A DNA stretch of 29,758 nucleotides from an uncultured Nitrososphaerota archaeon (GCA_964636085.1 CAZWPQ010000020.1:7029-36786); one strand, 5' to 3'; counted from the first letter of the stretch, positions 8,797 to 18,060 are shown. Numbers and translations are program-made. Notes: a model not told the origin generated them from the letters alone.

Positions 8797-9975
8797 ATGG
8801 GGTGTCATTTTGGTGTAGCCTTGATGGAAACAGAAGAAACTCCTAGTGGTGCATATTGTCCCAGTTGTGGTAGATATATAGGTACATATGATGTATGTCC
8901 ATATTGTGGTGCTAGGGTGAGATATAGACTGAAGATGAAAATATTGTTTATAATTGCGATCCTTCTATCAAGTCTTGGTATGTTCTCCCTCTATTATGCC
9001 TCTAGGCATTCGGAAACTCCCATCGTCTATATAAAGGACATAACTTCTGAAATGAACTATGCGCGTGTGAGGATAGTTGGGTATGCCTATACCTCGGCCA
9101 CCTATGACGAGGTTCAGGGTAGGCTGTACTTTAGTATTGTTGATGAGAACTGGACGTATAATGAGGAATTCAAGACCCAAACAATAATGGTCTACGCGTA
9201 TACTCCAACGAGTAGAGAGTTGATAGAGCAGAAAAGGGCTCCGGTCTCGGGGGATAAGATAGAGATTGTTGGGACTCTCAGGATAAGGGATTCAATATCA
9301 TTGATTATAAACGATGCAGATGACCTCGTCATTAGTAGGGATCCACCGAAGGACTATAGCTTGGAGATAATACACTATAATTGGAAGAAGCTAAAAGGGC
9401 AACCCGTAAGGGTAACGGGATGGATAGTTGACCTCACAAACTATACGACATTTATGACTGGCAATATTAAGGACTATGCATATCCCGACTTTGAACTGAA
9501 CATATATATACCAGAGATATCTATGAGAATTGGGCAAATGCCAGATGTATTTGTCGGAGACAAAATAGAGATCATTGGGAACCTATGGGAGTACAGGGGA
9601 GAGCCAGAGATAGTGCCCTGGAACGGCACCTGTATAAACATTGTGAATAAATTGTCAGTAACAAATCTTAGCGTTATTCTTAGCAATATAGCTGAATATG
9701 CAGAACAAGGCCGTATTGTGATGGTCAATGTAACTATTGTTGGCGTTGACAAAAACTACAGTAATAGGATATACATATATGATGAGTCGATAAGCCCTAT
9801 ATCGGCAATGACGCTCTGGATTGATTTCTCAGTGTGGGATGAATTGAATGATTCCATGAAAGAAGCCCTAAATACTCTCTACAATCATATACTATTAGTG
9901 GGTGAATGTAAAAAATTCAGTGGCAAATATGAGATCGCTGTACATCAGGATGATTGGATTCGTAAAGTGTGGTAG
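8797..9975 (+). CDS. Zn-ribbon + single TM + three tandem extracellular OB-fold domains
   Basis: CPSC-x9-CPYC, TM aa ~49-68, three repeats ending GDKIEIVGTL, GDKIEIIGNLWEYRGEPEIVP and LLVGECKKFSGKYEIAV (OB-fold pattern seen in extracellular nucleases); 7 N-x-S/T sequons after the TM. Start may be ATG 8824. Confidence 0.75.
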   Translation: MGCHFGVALMETEETPSGAYCPSCGRYIGTYDVCPYCGARVRYRLKMKILFIIAILLSSLGMFSLYYASRHSETPIVYIKDITSEMNYARVRIVGYAYTSATYDEVQGRLYFSIVDENWTYNEEFKTQTIMVYAYTPTSRELIEQKRAPVSGDKIEIVGTLRIRDSISLIINDADDLVISRDPPKDYSLEIIHYNWKKLKGQPVRVTGWIVDLTNYTTFMTGNIKDYAYPDFELNIYIPEISMRIGQMPDVFVGDKIEIIGNLWEYRGEPEIVPWNGTCINIVNKLSVTNLSVILSNIAEYAEQGRIVMVNVTIVGVDKNYSNRIYIYDESISPISAMTLWIDFSVWDELNDSMKEALNTLYNHILLVGECKKFSGKYEIAVHQDDWIRKVW

Positions 9976-9984
9976 GGATTCATA

Positions 9985-11298
9985 ATGGCGATACTAGCGT
10001 TATTTATCTATATAATTCTTGGAGTATTGGTCGGTAGTTTAATATCGATTCTCCCTTCATTGCACATATATAATGTAGCACCCATTTTTATTCTGCTTGC
10101 ACCAGAATTAGGAATAGCCCCCGACATAATGTTGTTTTTCTTACTGGGCAATGTGATAGGCTTCGCTGTTATGAACTCTATTTCAACAATCTTCTTTTCC
10201 GCACCTGATGACACCACATTCTTAGTACTAATGCCAAGCCAAATAATGCTCCTCAATGGAAGGGGTTTCGAGGTGGCTCTCCTCATGGGTACTGGTTGCT
10301 TGATAGGCGCAATGATAATGGTTGCAATATCACCAATAATCATGTATATTCTTCCAAAAATGATGAGCCTTGTAATGCCTAACCTACACTGGATCCTAGC
10401 TATGTTCCTGTTCTATATACTCCTGTCAGAGTTCCCTAAGGATATAGGTGTGGGGACTAATAGGTGGGAACGATTTAAGAACGGATGGAAAAACCTAGCG
10501 GGAGGATATCTCACATTTGCATTAGCGTCGATTCTAGGCTTCATAATAATGTATGGAAACATAATGCCAGTAGAGGCTGCCTACTTTGGAATGTTGCCAG
10601 CCTTAATAGGAGTATTTGCGATTCCAAGTCTAATAATGAATATAATATCCAGAACAGAGGTTCCGAAGCAAAGGATACAGCGAAGTGTTGATGCTACTAT
10701 TGTAGACATTGTGAAGGGAGGGCTGGCTGGTTTTTCAGGAGGATTTTTTGCCGCTATAGTCCCCGCTTTAACGGGAGGCATGGGTTCTGTGATTGCTGGA
10801 CAAGCAACTGGACAAAGGGAAGAGTCACAATTCATAATTTCGATGGGCGCCAGCAGATTTGTATATTATGTGGGTGCATTTTTCCTACTATTTGTACCAA
10901 GATACACAGTAGTTAGGGGTGGCCTTGCAAACTTGGCCGCAACGCTCTACATACCCCAAGAATATCATGAGTTCTACATAGCCGTCGCTGGAATAGCGAT
11001 AGGGTGTGTTGTTGCCTTCCTCCTTTTGGTGGTTGTTTCATACTTACTGGCTAAGGTTATTCATAAGGTTAGATATGATTATGTCTCAATAGCCATTATT
11101 GTAATTTTAGCCCTAATTACTTTTGCAACTACGGGGGTTATAGGTATAATCGTCATGATTGTAGCCACGGGTATAGGCCTAATTCCTTTGATCACGGGCT
11201 CTAGAAGACTGAATTGCATTGCGATAATCATATTTCCATTGATGCTCGGTATGGCTGGTTTATCTGGCGAGTTTGCATCCTTGATAGGTCTTAGGTGA
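9985..11298 (+). CDS. TctA-family (DUF112, archaeal type) polytopic membrane protein
   Basis: About 12 TM helices; ISILPSLHIYN and STIFFSAPDD motifs, second-half AAIVPALTGG, LIGVFAIPSL, as in tripartite tricarboxylate transporter TctA-like proteins. No tctB/tctC nearby. Confidence 0.82.
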   Translation: MAILALFIYIILGVLVGSLISILPSLHIYNVAPIFILLAPELGIAPDIMLFFLLGNVIGFAVMNSISTIFFSAPDDTTFLVLMPSQIMLLNGRGFEVALLMGTGCLIGAMIMVAISPIIMYILPKMMSLVMPNLHWILAMFLFYILLSEFPKDIGVGTNRWERFKNGWKNLAGGYLTFALASILGFIIMYGNIMPVEAAYFGMLPALIGVFAIPSLIMNIISRTEVPKQRIQRSVDATIVDIVKGGLAGFSGGFFAAIVPALTGGMGSVIAGQATGQREESQFIISMGASRFVYYVGAFFLLFVPRYTVVRGGLANLAATLYIPQEYHEFYIAVAGIAIGCVVAFLLLVVVSYLLAKVIHKVRYDYVSIAIIVILALITFATTGVIGIIVMIVATGIGLIPLITGSRRLNCIAIIIFPLMLGMAGLSGEFASLIGLR

Positions 11299-11304
11299 AT
11301 ATTT

Positions 11305-12366
11305 ATGAAGGGGGTTACACATTATTTCTTTGCAGCTGCGTTGGTCTCTCTAATACCATCAGTAATGGCAATGGCGGTATATGAAAGATCATTCATCATA
11401 GTACTGGGGGCGATTGCTGGAATCTTGCCTGATTATATCGATTTTAAGATCGTACGTTTCTTATGGCCTATTGACATAGAGATAATGCCAGATTGGCCTA
11501 TTCCTGATGCACAAAAAATTGCTGAACAGGTATCAAAAATAATTGATGACGTGTGGGAGGAAAAGAAAACAATAACAGTTCAGTTTCATACGATAAAGAC
11601 TGGCCCAAACACTTGGAGGCAATGGTTCATCTATCTTGACCCCGACAAGCAAATTGTAAAAGTCGGCGTTGGAGCTATACGTACATTTGGGGGCCGCATA
11701 TATAGATCTACCATAGACGACATACCTAAGGAAAAAAGAGTTGGAGAAGCGCGGTTTGGAGCACCATTAATCTATGGATATAAGGACAGGACTATCAGAA
11801 TGGAAATACTTAGTGGCCCTACAGTATCATTCGTGCCGACAGAAGAAGGAGTCGAGGTCGTCTTCCTTCCATGGCATAGATATATGAGCCATAGTATAAC
11901 CCTTGGAGCCCTCTTGTCAGCAATAGTGATGATGATAGTATTGGCCCTTGGATGTACATTCTTAAGATCGCTCATATATTTTGCCGTATTCTTTGTTGGT
12001 TTTTCATCTCATATACTTGCAGATCAGTTTGGACATATGGGCTCGAATTTATTCTGGCCCTTTACAAAAAAGAGGGTTGAGGGGTTCAAGATAACGGAGT
12101 CTGCAGATCCCTACGCCAATTTTGGGCTGTTCTGGACATCCCTTGTCATTCTCTTCTGGCGAATGAATATGTCGATAGAACCAAGGCCAATAGAGTTGCC
12201 TTGGACATATACCCTAATGGGCATTGAGATAAGTCTATTTCTAGTGGCATACTTAATAATAGTACCCTGGTTAGCCCTCATCCTTTTAAGAATACAATTC
12301 TGGAGGCCCACTGGCGACCCATACCTAAGGGACATGCTTATGGAAGAAACAGCAGAATTGATGTGA
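11305..12366 (+). CDS. YdjM/DUF457-family membrane-bound metal-dependent hydrolase with a large soluble insertion
   Basis: MKGVTH, GILPDYID, WHRYMSHS, SHILADQF, LFWPF motifs; ~135 aa hydrophilic insert between the PDxxD and HRxxSHS motifs. Confidence 0.82.
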   Translation: MKGVTHYFFAAALVSLIPSVMAMAVYERSFIIVLGAIAGILPDYIDFKIVRFLWPIDIEIMPDWPIPDAQKIAEQVSKIIDDVWEEKKTITVQFHTIKTGPNTWRQWFIYLDPDKQIVKVGVGAIRTFGGRIYRSTIDDIPKEKRVGEARFGAPLIYGYKDRTIRMEILSGPTVSFVPTEEGVEVVFLPWHRYMSHSITLGALLSAIVMMIVLALGCTFLRSLIYFAVFFVGFSSHILADQFGHMGSNLFWPFTKKRVEGFKITESADPYANFGLFWTSLVILFWRMNMSIEPRPIELPWTYTLMGIEISLFLVAYLIIVPWLALILLRIQFWRPTGDPYLRDMLMEETAELM

Positions 12367-12447
12367 CTTAGAAAGAATTTAACTATACAATTTTTTGTTT
12401 CCCTAATTCATCAGCAGGGGGATGGGGACTTCTTTTATAGCAGTGGG

Positions 12448-12501
12448 GATAAGACCATCTACATTGTGATAAGACATAGGTTATACGCTTATTTATAAGC
12501 G
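12448..12501 (+). promoter_or_regulatory. Putative promoter with palindrome and direct repeats upstream of the 876-aa surface protein
   Basis: GATAAGAC at 12448 and 12468; perfect CGCTTAT-TT-ATAAGCG at 12486-12501 containing TTTATAAG. Confidence 0.45.
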
Positions 12502-12541
12502 ATTTGGGAATATATTATTAGAAATTCATGCGGGGTTTAGT

Positions 12542-15172
12542 ATGAGGAAATACCTTCTCAGTCTTTTCTCGATCTTCGTTATAGCATGTGCGGCATTTAT
12601 CAATGTAAGCTACTCAAAAAATATCAAACCTAACAACACATACAATGTTACTACTGGCCATTCTAGCGAATGTAAAAAATTCACTAAGTCAACGATGACC
12701 GTCCCATACGAAATGAAGGTTCTTATTGAGGATAAGTACGCATACTATAGCTACAGCTCGGGGCGTCTTACTTACCTCGTGGAGTTCCTCCAAGAGGACT
12801 ACGGCTTCACAGTAACGGAAACATCAGTCACATCGATCAGCTATAATAAGAACAACATAAGCAACTATTGGCTCTACATTCTCCCCAACCCCAGATATGG
12901 GAATCTCACGGCTACTGAGCGAGAAGCTGTACGATATTTCGTTAATAACTCTCGTGGATATGCTTGGATCTTAGGCTACAGCAACTACAATAGCTACCTA
13001 AACAACTATACTCTCAACAATATCTCAGAACCTTTTGGCATACACTTTATATGGGGTAGCGCTACAGACCCTGACAATAATACTGGTGCTGATTGGAGGC
13101 CACTCGTATATGTGTGGGCAAATACAACCCCAGCACAATATCTAAGTGAAAACGGAACATACGTACTTCACCACTGGAGCCCAACTGCAGTAGATTTTCC
13201 TGATCTTTCCTTAAATGGGACTTGGGTTACTTTCTATAGACTAGGTATTGGTGATGATAATACATCTGTTGATAGTGTAGCTACTGGCCCCAACGTAACC
13301 TATAATGCAATAGCAATAACGGAATCTGGAGGAATAATGTTCGCTAGCGGATGTTCTGCCTTTATATCAGACTATGATTTCTATGACTATGATAATGAGA
13401 AATTCATCTATAGGCTTGTGGAATACGGCTTAAGGAGAGATCTAGCAATTACTAAGCTTGAAGCACCCACAACAGATATGTTGGCTGGGCAGACGTTCTA
13501 TGTCAATGTGACTGTAATAAATAATGCTGATAACTCGATCAGCAATGTGCATGTTGGCCTAGAGTTTAGTGGTGCCATTGAGCTGAAGAATACATCTAAT
13601 ATATATAATATATCATCCCTAAACCCGAGCGAGACTGCTGATGTATCATTTGAGTTTGTAGTTACTGGTACTAGTGAAGTATATATGGAGGTAAAGGTTT
13701 GGAGTGATAACTCATCTGTCATTGGTTATCAAAAGCGTGTTGAATTCAATACTAGGGGACTAATTCTAAGCTCTAATGTGGAACCAGAATTTATAGTATT
13801 ATCAGACTTCAACTATACATATCTTCACGTGTATATAGAGAACCCTGCAGAGAATCCCATCGCTACTGATGTAAATGTAAGCATCATGCTCCCTAGCGAG
13901 CTCACAACAGATAACGATACCTTCTATCACTTCGAACAAATAATTAATGGCACTACTGAACACCTCATATTGATTATAGAGGCTCTAGAAGCTGGTAGAT
14001 ATAGAATCAATGTAAGCCTTATCAGTGATAATATGGGTACAGCATTCACTCATACATATGTCATTGTATACTCAAGGCCGTTTATACTGTTTGATCAGGG
14101 GCATGGACAGTACTATGACGCCGATAGAATGACTGGATTTGTTGATCTACTTAAACAATATGGAGAGCTGTACCTAAACAATGACACGATAACGAAGGAT
14201 GAGCTAGGTAATGCTTCTCTCATAATAATTACAAATCCATCAGAAGATGATTTGCTTAGTGACGCTGAGATACAGCTTATCAAGAATTATATCGATAATG
14301 GTGGAAAGCTAATTATAATGGGTACATGGTTTAAATACATCGCGGATACAGCCGCCAACTTAAATAACATTACAATGGACTATGGAATTCGCTTCGAGGT
14401 TGGGGAGATAGCAGATAATATAAGCAATTATGGCGAGTACTATCTACCCATCTTGTATAATCTAGCTAAGCACCCATTATGTTCAGATGTAGATCATGTA
14501 TTCACTCCTGGCACAACATATCTATCACTTTCACGCGACGCCAAGGCTGTGGTGAAAGGAAATCCAACCAGCTATGGACTCGAGAATTATTCAACCCATA
14601 GTGGCGTGGACAATGGGGCTCTAGTAGCTGTAGCTACAGTTGAGTTGGACGGAGGAGGTAAAATTGTTGCTTTGGGAGGCGGTGGGATACTAGCTGATTC
14701 CTATTATGGAACTTCCGTATCGCCAATAGATGATAATATGCAGTTTGCTAGGAATTTGCTGATGTGGATTCTAGGGGATACGATTCCTCCAACAGTCACA
14801 ATAACTTGTGTAAATCTTGATACATCCGTTCTTGTTACGGTCACGGTAGTTGATAACTTAGCAATAGATAATGTAAATATCTCTGATAATGATACGATAA
14901 TCAAATCTGAAACTGGAATAACATCTCATCAATATGTTTATGTCTTCGATATAACTGAAGCTGGAATCCACGTTATAAGGGTTATCGCTATCGACTATGC
15001 GGGTCTAGCTGGCTTTGCCGAAGAGACTGTGGAGGTGGTTTCTCCACCAGCTACCGAGACTACAACCCCAACTGAGAAAGGAGTCCCTATGTGGCTTGTG
15101 GGAACGGCGGCTGCTGTTGCTGTGGGTATTGTAGTAATAGTAATGATCTTGCTTAGGAAAAAGAAAGAGTAG
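12542..15172 (+). CDS. Cell-surface glycoprotein: two DUF4350/GldG(GIFT)-like domains, CARDB/Ig-like domains, Thr-rich linker, C-terminal TM anchor
   Basis: Signal peptide; LYILPNP...LTATEREAVRYFVNN and ILFDQGHGQYY...LIIITNP...EIQLIKNYIDNGGKLIIMG; CARDB-like DLAITKL...VNVTVINN; DTIPPTVTI...DYAGL; ATETTTPT, TM, RKKKE; many sequons. Confidence 0.75.
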   Translation: MRKYLLSLFSIFVIACAAFINVSYSKNIKPNNTYNVTTGHSSECKKFTKSTMTVPYEMKVLIEDKYAYYSYSSGRLTYLVEFLQEDYGFTVTETSVTSISYNKNNISNYWLYILPNPRYGNLTATEREAVRYFVNNSRGYAWILGYSNYNSYLNNYTLNNISEPFGIHFIWGSATDPDNNTGADWRPLVYVWANTTPAQYLSENGTYVLHHWSPTAVDFPDLSLNGTWVTFYRLGIGDDNTSVDSVATGPNVTYNAIAITESGGIMFASGCSAFISDYDFYDYDNEKFIYRLVEYGLRRDLAITKLEAPTTDMLAGQTFYVNVTVINNADNSISNVHVGLEFSGAIELKNTSNIYNISSLNPSETADVSFEFVVTGTSEVYMEVKVWSDNSSVIGYQKRVEFNTRGLILSSNVEPEFIVLSDFNYTYLHVYIENPAENPIATDVNVSIMLPSELTTDNDTFYHFEQIINGTTEHLILIIEALEAGRYRINVSLISDNMGTAFTHTYVIVYSRPFILFDQGHGQYYDADRMTGFVDLLKQYGELYLNNDTITKDELGNASLIIITNPSEDDLLSDAEIQLIKNYIDNGGKLIIMGTWFKYIADTAANLNNITMDYGIRFEVGEIADNISNYGEYYLPILYNLAKHPLCSDVDHVFTPGTTYLSLSRDAKAVVKGNPTSYGLENYSTHSGVDNGALVAVATVELDGGGKIVALGGGGILADSYYGTSVSPIDDNMQFARNLLMWILGDTIPPTVTITCVNLDTSVLVTVTVVDNLAIDNVNISDNDTIIKSETGITSHQYVYVFDITEAGIHVIRVIAIDYAGLAGFAEETVEVVSPPATETTTPTEKGVPMWLVGTAAAVAVGIVVIVMILLRKKKE

Positions 15173-15203
15173 TTTTTTCTATCTTTTCCTTTTTTTGGTT
15201 TTT
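15173..15203 (+). terminator. Archaeal oligo(T) terminator
   Basis: TTTTTTCTATCTTTTCCTTTTTTTGGTTTTT immediately after the stop codon. Confidence 0.6.
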
Positions 15204-15280
15204 GGTGTTCTGTTTCTCCAGATAGCAATATTGTTGCTTAGGTTTTAAATGTTATTACTTATATGTTATGGTGAAAAGTT

Positions 15281-17311
15281 TTGCTATTATCAAGAATTAT
15301 CTCGGAAGAAATTGACTGTAGCAGCATAGTTAGGTATATTAGGCACATCTGTAACTTCCATAGGGTAGCCGTAACTGATGGATATGAGCAAGCTTGTGAC
15401 TATGTTGAAAATGTTCTCAGATCGGAGGGCCTAGAGGTTGAGAGGATATATTTTCCCGCTAGGGAGGATGTGGAGTTTCTTGGTTATAGGTCTATAAAAA
15501 AATGGATTGTTAGATCGGCCAGATTAGAAATAATATATCCGGGCCCAGAAAGACTGGAGGAGTTTGGTCTTGGCCCAATATTGGCGGATTATAAAATCGA
15601 ACCATTGTCTATTGTGCAGAGAAGCGCGCCCACCAATGGTTGGGTGGAGTGTGAACTTATCAATATCGACGATTGTTATGATCCCGAATCATACGGTTCC
15701 AGAGTAAGGGGAAATATTGTGCTTGTTGATGGGGAGGCGGATAAGGTAAGGGCACTAGCGGTTGAGAAATTTGGGGCATTGGGCATAGTTACAGACAAGA
15801 CAGAATCGTCATCTATAAGGAGAGATCCAGATCTTTCTGATGCTAGAGTATATCAGTCTTTTTGGTGGTTTGGGGGAGAGAAAAAAACTTTTGGTTTTGT
15901 TGTGACTCCCAGACAGGGAAGAGCGTTGAGGAGACTACTGAAAGAGTCAAAAGTTATTGTTAGAGCCTTTGTTGACTCTAAATTCGTTGATGATGTATTC
16001 TCCATAGTTACTGCCAAGATCAGTGGTCTAGAGGATGAGGAAATATGGGTTATATCCCATATAGATCATCCAAAACCGGGAGCTGAGGACAATGCCTCTG
16101 GTGTAGCCGTCTCTATGGAGATAGCTAGGATATTGAATAGTCTTCTTAGGGATGGGAAAATTCCAGAGTTTAGGAGATCCATAAGATTTATATATACTAC
16201 TGAGTTCATGGGAACTGCTGCATATTCCGCGTTTAGATACAGTGATATTCGTGATGGTAAGGTAATTGGTGCCATAAATTTAGATATGGTTGCGTCCAGT
16301 GAGGAACATGGTGGGGCATTACTTATTATCGAGCCCCCTTATGAGACTGGTGGTTATGTAGCACCATTAATGAGATGGCTTATGAATTATCTCATATCAA
16401 CAGATGTGGATTTTGCGGGTCAAGAGGATATTGCGATGTTTAAATGGGGGATATCAAAGTTCTCCACTGGCAGCGACTACTACATACTATCCGACCCAAT
16501 TATTGGTATTGGAACTGTAGGCATAAACAGGTGGCCATATAAGTACTATCACACTAACAAGGATACACCAGACAAGATCGATCCAATAGTTGCTAAAAGG
16601 GTTTGCGTTCTGGCAGCAGTATTTCTATGTATACTAGCAACTATCGAACAAGAGGCTGTGGATTGGCTTTCTGAGATAACAAAAAATTATTATACAGAAC
16701 TTATGTTAAACCTTACCATGGAGACCTGGACAAGGGTCCTAGGTGACCGTAGAACAACGATATTTAAGACAGAGGGGTATCCCTATCGTGAGACGTTTTC
16801 GAGGTCTGTCGGCTTAATGAACCTGATTATGAACGCTGGAAAAAAATCTCTAGAATTGTTGAGGAAAAGTATCGGTGAGTGGTGGGACTATGAGAGCGAT
16901 TTGGTAGAGTTGGAGAAAAAGGCTATGGAATCTATGAAGAAGATTAAGGATGTATTTGGTCTTTATGCTAATGAGGGTCTTGAGCACCCTCTCAAAGTAG
17001 ATGATGACCTATCAAAAATAATACCAGTGAGAACAGGAAAACTTTTTGACCTTGAGGGTCAAATAGCCCCACTAACATATGAAAAACTTAGAGAGTGGAG
17101 GGAAATAAGATCAATGATACCCAAATACAAGTATTATCCCATCCTAGACATCACCCTTTTTAAAGCTGACGGTAAAAAAACATTAGATCGAATCATCAGG
17201 GAGATATACTATGAATTTGGCATATGGGCTCCACAAGGAATAAAAAAATTCTTCAAATTCCTAGAAAGACTAGGCGTGGTAAAATTGATGGAGGTCCCAA
17301 AAAAGGATTAA
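15281..17311 (+). CDS. M28-family zinc peptidase-like protein with PA domain and C-terminal winged helix (DUF4910-like)
   Basis: SHIDH, GAEDNASG, TEFMG, NLDMV, GSDY, YYHTNKD; PA-like VRGNIVLV...GALGIV; C-terminal DGKKTL...FLERLGVV; no signal peptide; TTG start with GGTGA upstream. Confidence 0.82.
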   Translation: MLLSRIISEEIDCSSIVRYIRHICNFHRVAVTDGYEQACDYVENVLRSEGLEVERIYFPAREDVEFLGYRSIKKWIVRSARLEIIYPGPERLEEFGLGPILADYKIEPLSIVQRSAPTNGWVECELINIDDCYDPESYGSRVRGNIVLVDGEADKVRALAVEKFGALGIVTDKTESSSIRRDPDLSDARVYQSFWWFGGEKKTFGFVVTPRQGRALRRLLKESKVIVRAFVDSKFVDDVFSIVTAKISGLEDEEIWVISHIDHPKPGAEDNASGVAVSMEIARILNSLLRDGKIPEFRRSIRFIYTTEFMGTAAYSAFRYSDIRDGKVIGAINLDMVASSEEHGGALLIIEPPYETGGYVAPLMRWLMNYLISTDVDFAGQEDIAMFKWGISKFSTGSDYYILSDPIIGIGTVGINRWPYKYYHTNKDTPDKIDPIVAKRVCVLAAVFLCILATIEQEAVDWLSEITKNYYTELMLNLTMETWTRVLGDRRTTIFKTEGYPYRETFSRSVGLMNLIMNAGKKSLELLRKSIGEWWDYESDLVELEKKAMESMKKIKDVFGLYANEGLEHPLKVDDDLSKIIPVRTGKLFDLEGQIAPLTYEKLREWREIRSMIPKYKYYPILDITLFKADGKKTLDRIIREIYYEFGIWAPQGIKKFFKFLERLGVVKLMEVPKKD

Positions 17312-17747
17312 ACACTGTTGCTTGAGAGTGTTTTTATAAGCTTTTTTTTGGCAGTTTTGTATATGGTATTTCCTTTTGTAGAGGACTTTTTTTGTGTGTT
17401 TATCTGGGTCTATATGTTGATCTCATGAATAGAACTCTGAATTCTCTATCTGGGTAGGAATATTTAGAGTAGTGTTGTGTATAAGTATAGACTTGACCTG
17501 TCACCCTTTATATGTTTGTTGCTCTATGCCTTGGTGCATAGATCTAAAGCCATCGTGTTGAGGTCATCCCCTACATGGATCCTAGATACTGTTGGGGCAA
17601 TTAAGAAAACATGAATCCAACGGAAATTGCGAGCACAAGTGGTGTTGCTGAAAAAATGGGTCGCATAGCATATAAAAATTTGAGGCTTGTAAGGAGGCCT
17701 GATAAAGAACAATTTCTGTGGCCTATATGATGGTGATAATGTTGGCA

Positions 17748-17803
17748 TTTAAATACTAGAATTCCAATATTATTAATGTTGGAAATATTATATTTTTTTC
17801 CAA
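17748..17803 (+). promoter_or_regulatory. TA-operon promoter and autoregulatory operator
   Basis: TTTAAATA 17748-17755; TTCCAATATTA-T-TAATGTTGGAA 17762-17784 (10 of 11 arm positions pair); further TTCCAA half-site at 17798-17803. Confidence 0.65.
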
Positions 17804-17814
17804 TGGTGTGTTTT

Positions 17815-18060
17815 ATGGTAGAAATTGTGATAAAAAACTTGGACAAGTTGGGACGTATTGTTATTCCTAAGAAATGGAGGGAAAAAATTGGTGATAGTGT
17901 CATATTAATATGGGAAAAACCCATAATCAAGATTGTGCCGATGAGGGATTTCAGATTAACGGATCTTTTTGATAGTATAGAGTTTTCGGGGAATATTGAA
18001 GATTGGGCCTATGTAAAGAAGCTGAAGAGGAGGCTTCTAGATGAAATTTCTGGACTCTAA
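17815..18060 (+). CDS. vapB: AbrB/MazE/SpoVT-family antitoxin
   Basis: LDKLGRIVIPKKWREKIG AbrB motif; overlaps the downstream PIN gene. ATG 17815 preferred because track start 17776 lies inside the operator. Confidence 0.85.
   Translation: MVEIVIKNLDKLGRIVIPKKWREKIGDSVILIWEKPIIKIVPMRDFRLTDLFDSIEFSGNIEDWAYVKKLKRRLLDEISGL

Noticed and set aside
9985-11298. Annotation as a functional citrate (TctABC) transporter
   Set aside because: No TctB or TctC in the window and the neighbours point elsewhere; only the family call is retained.
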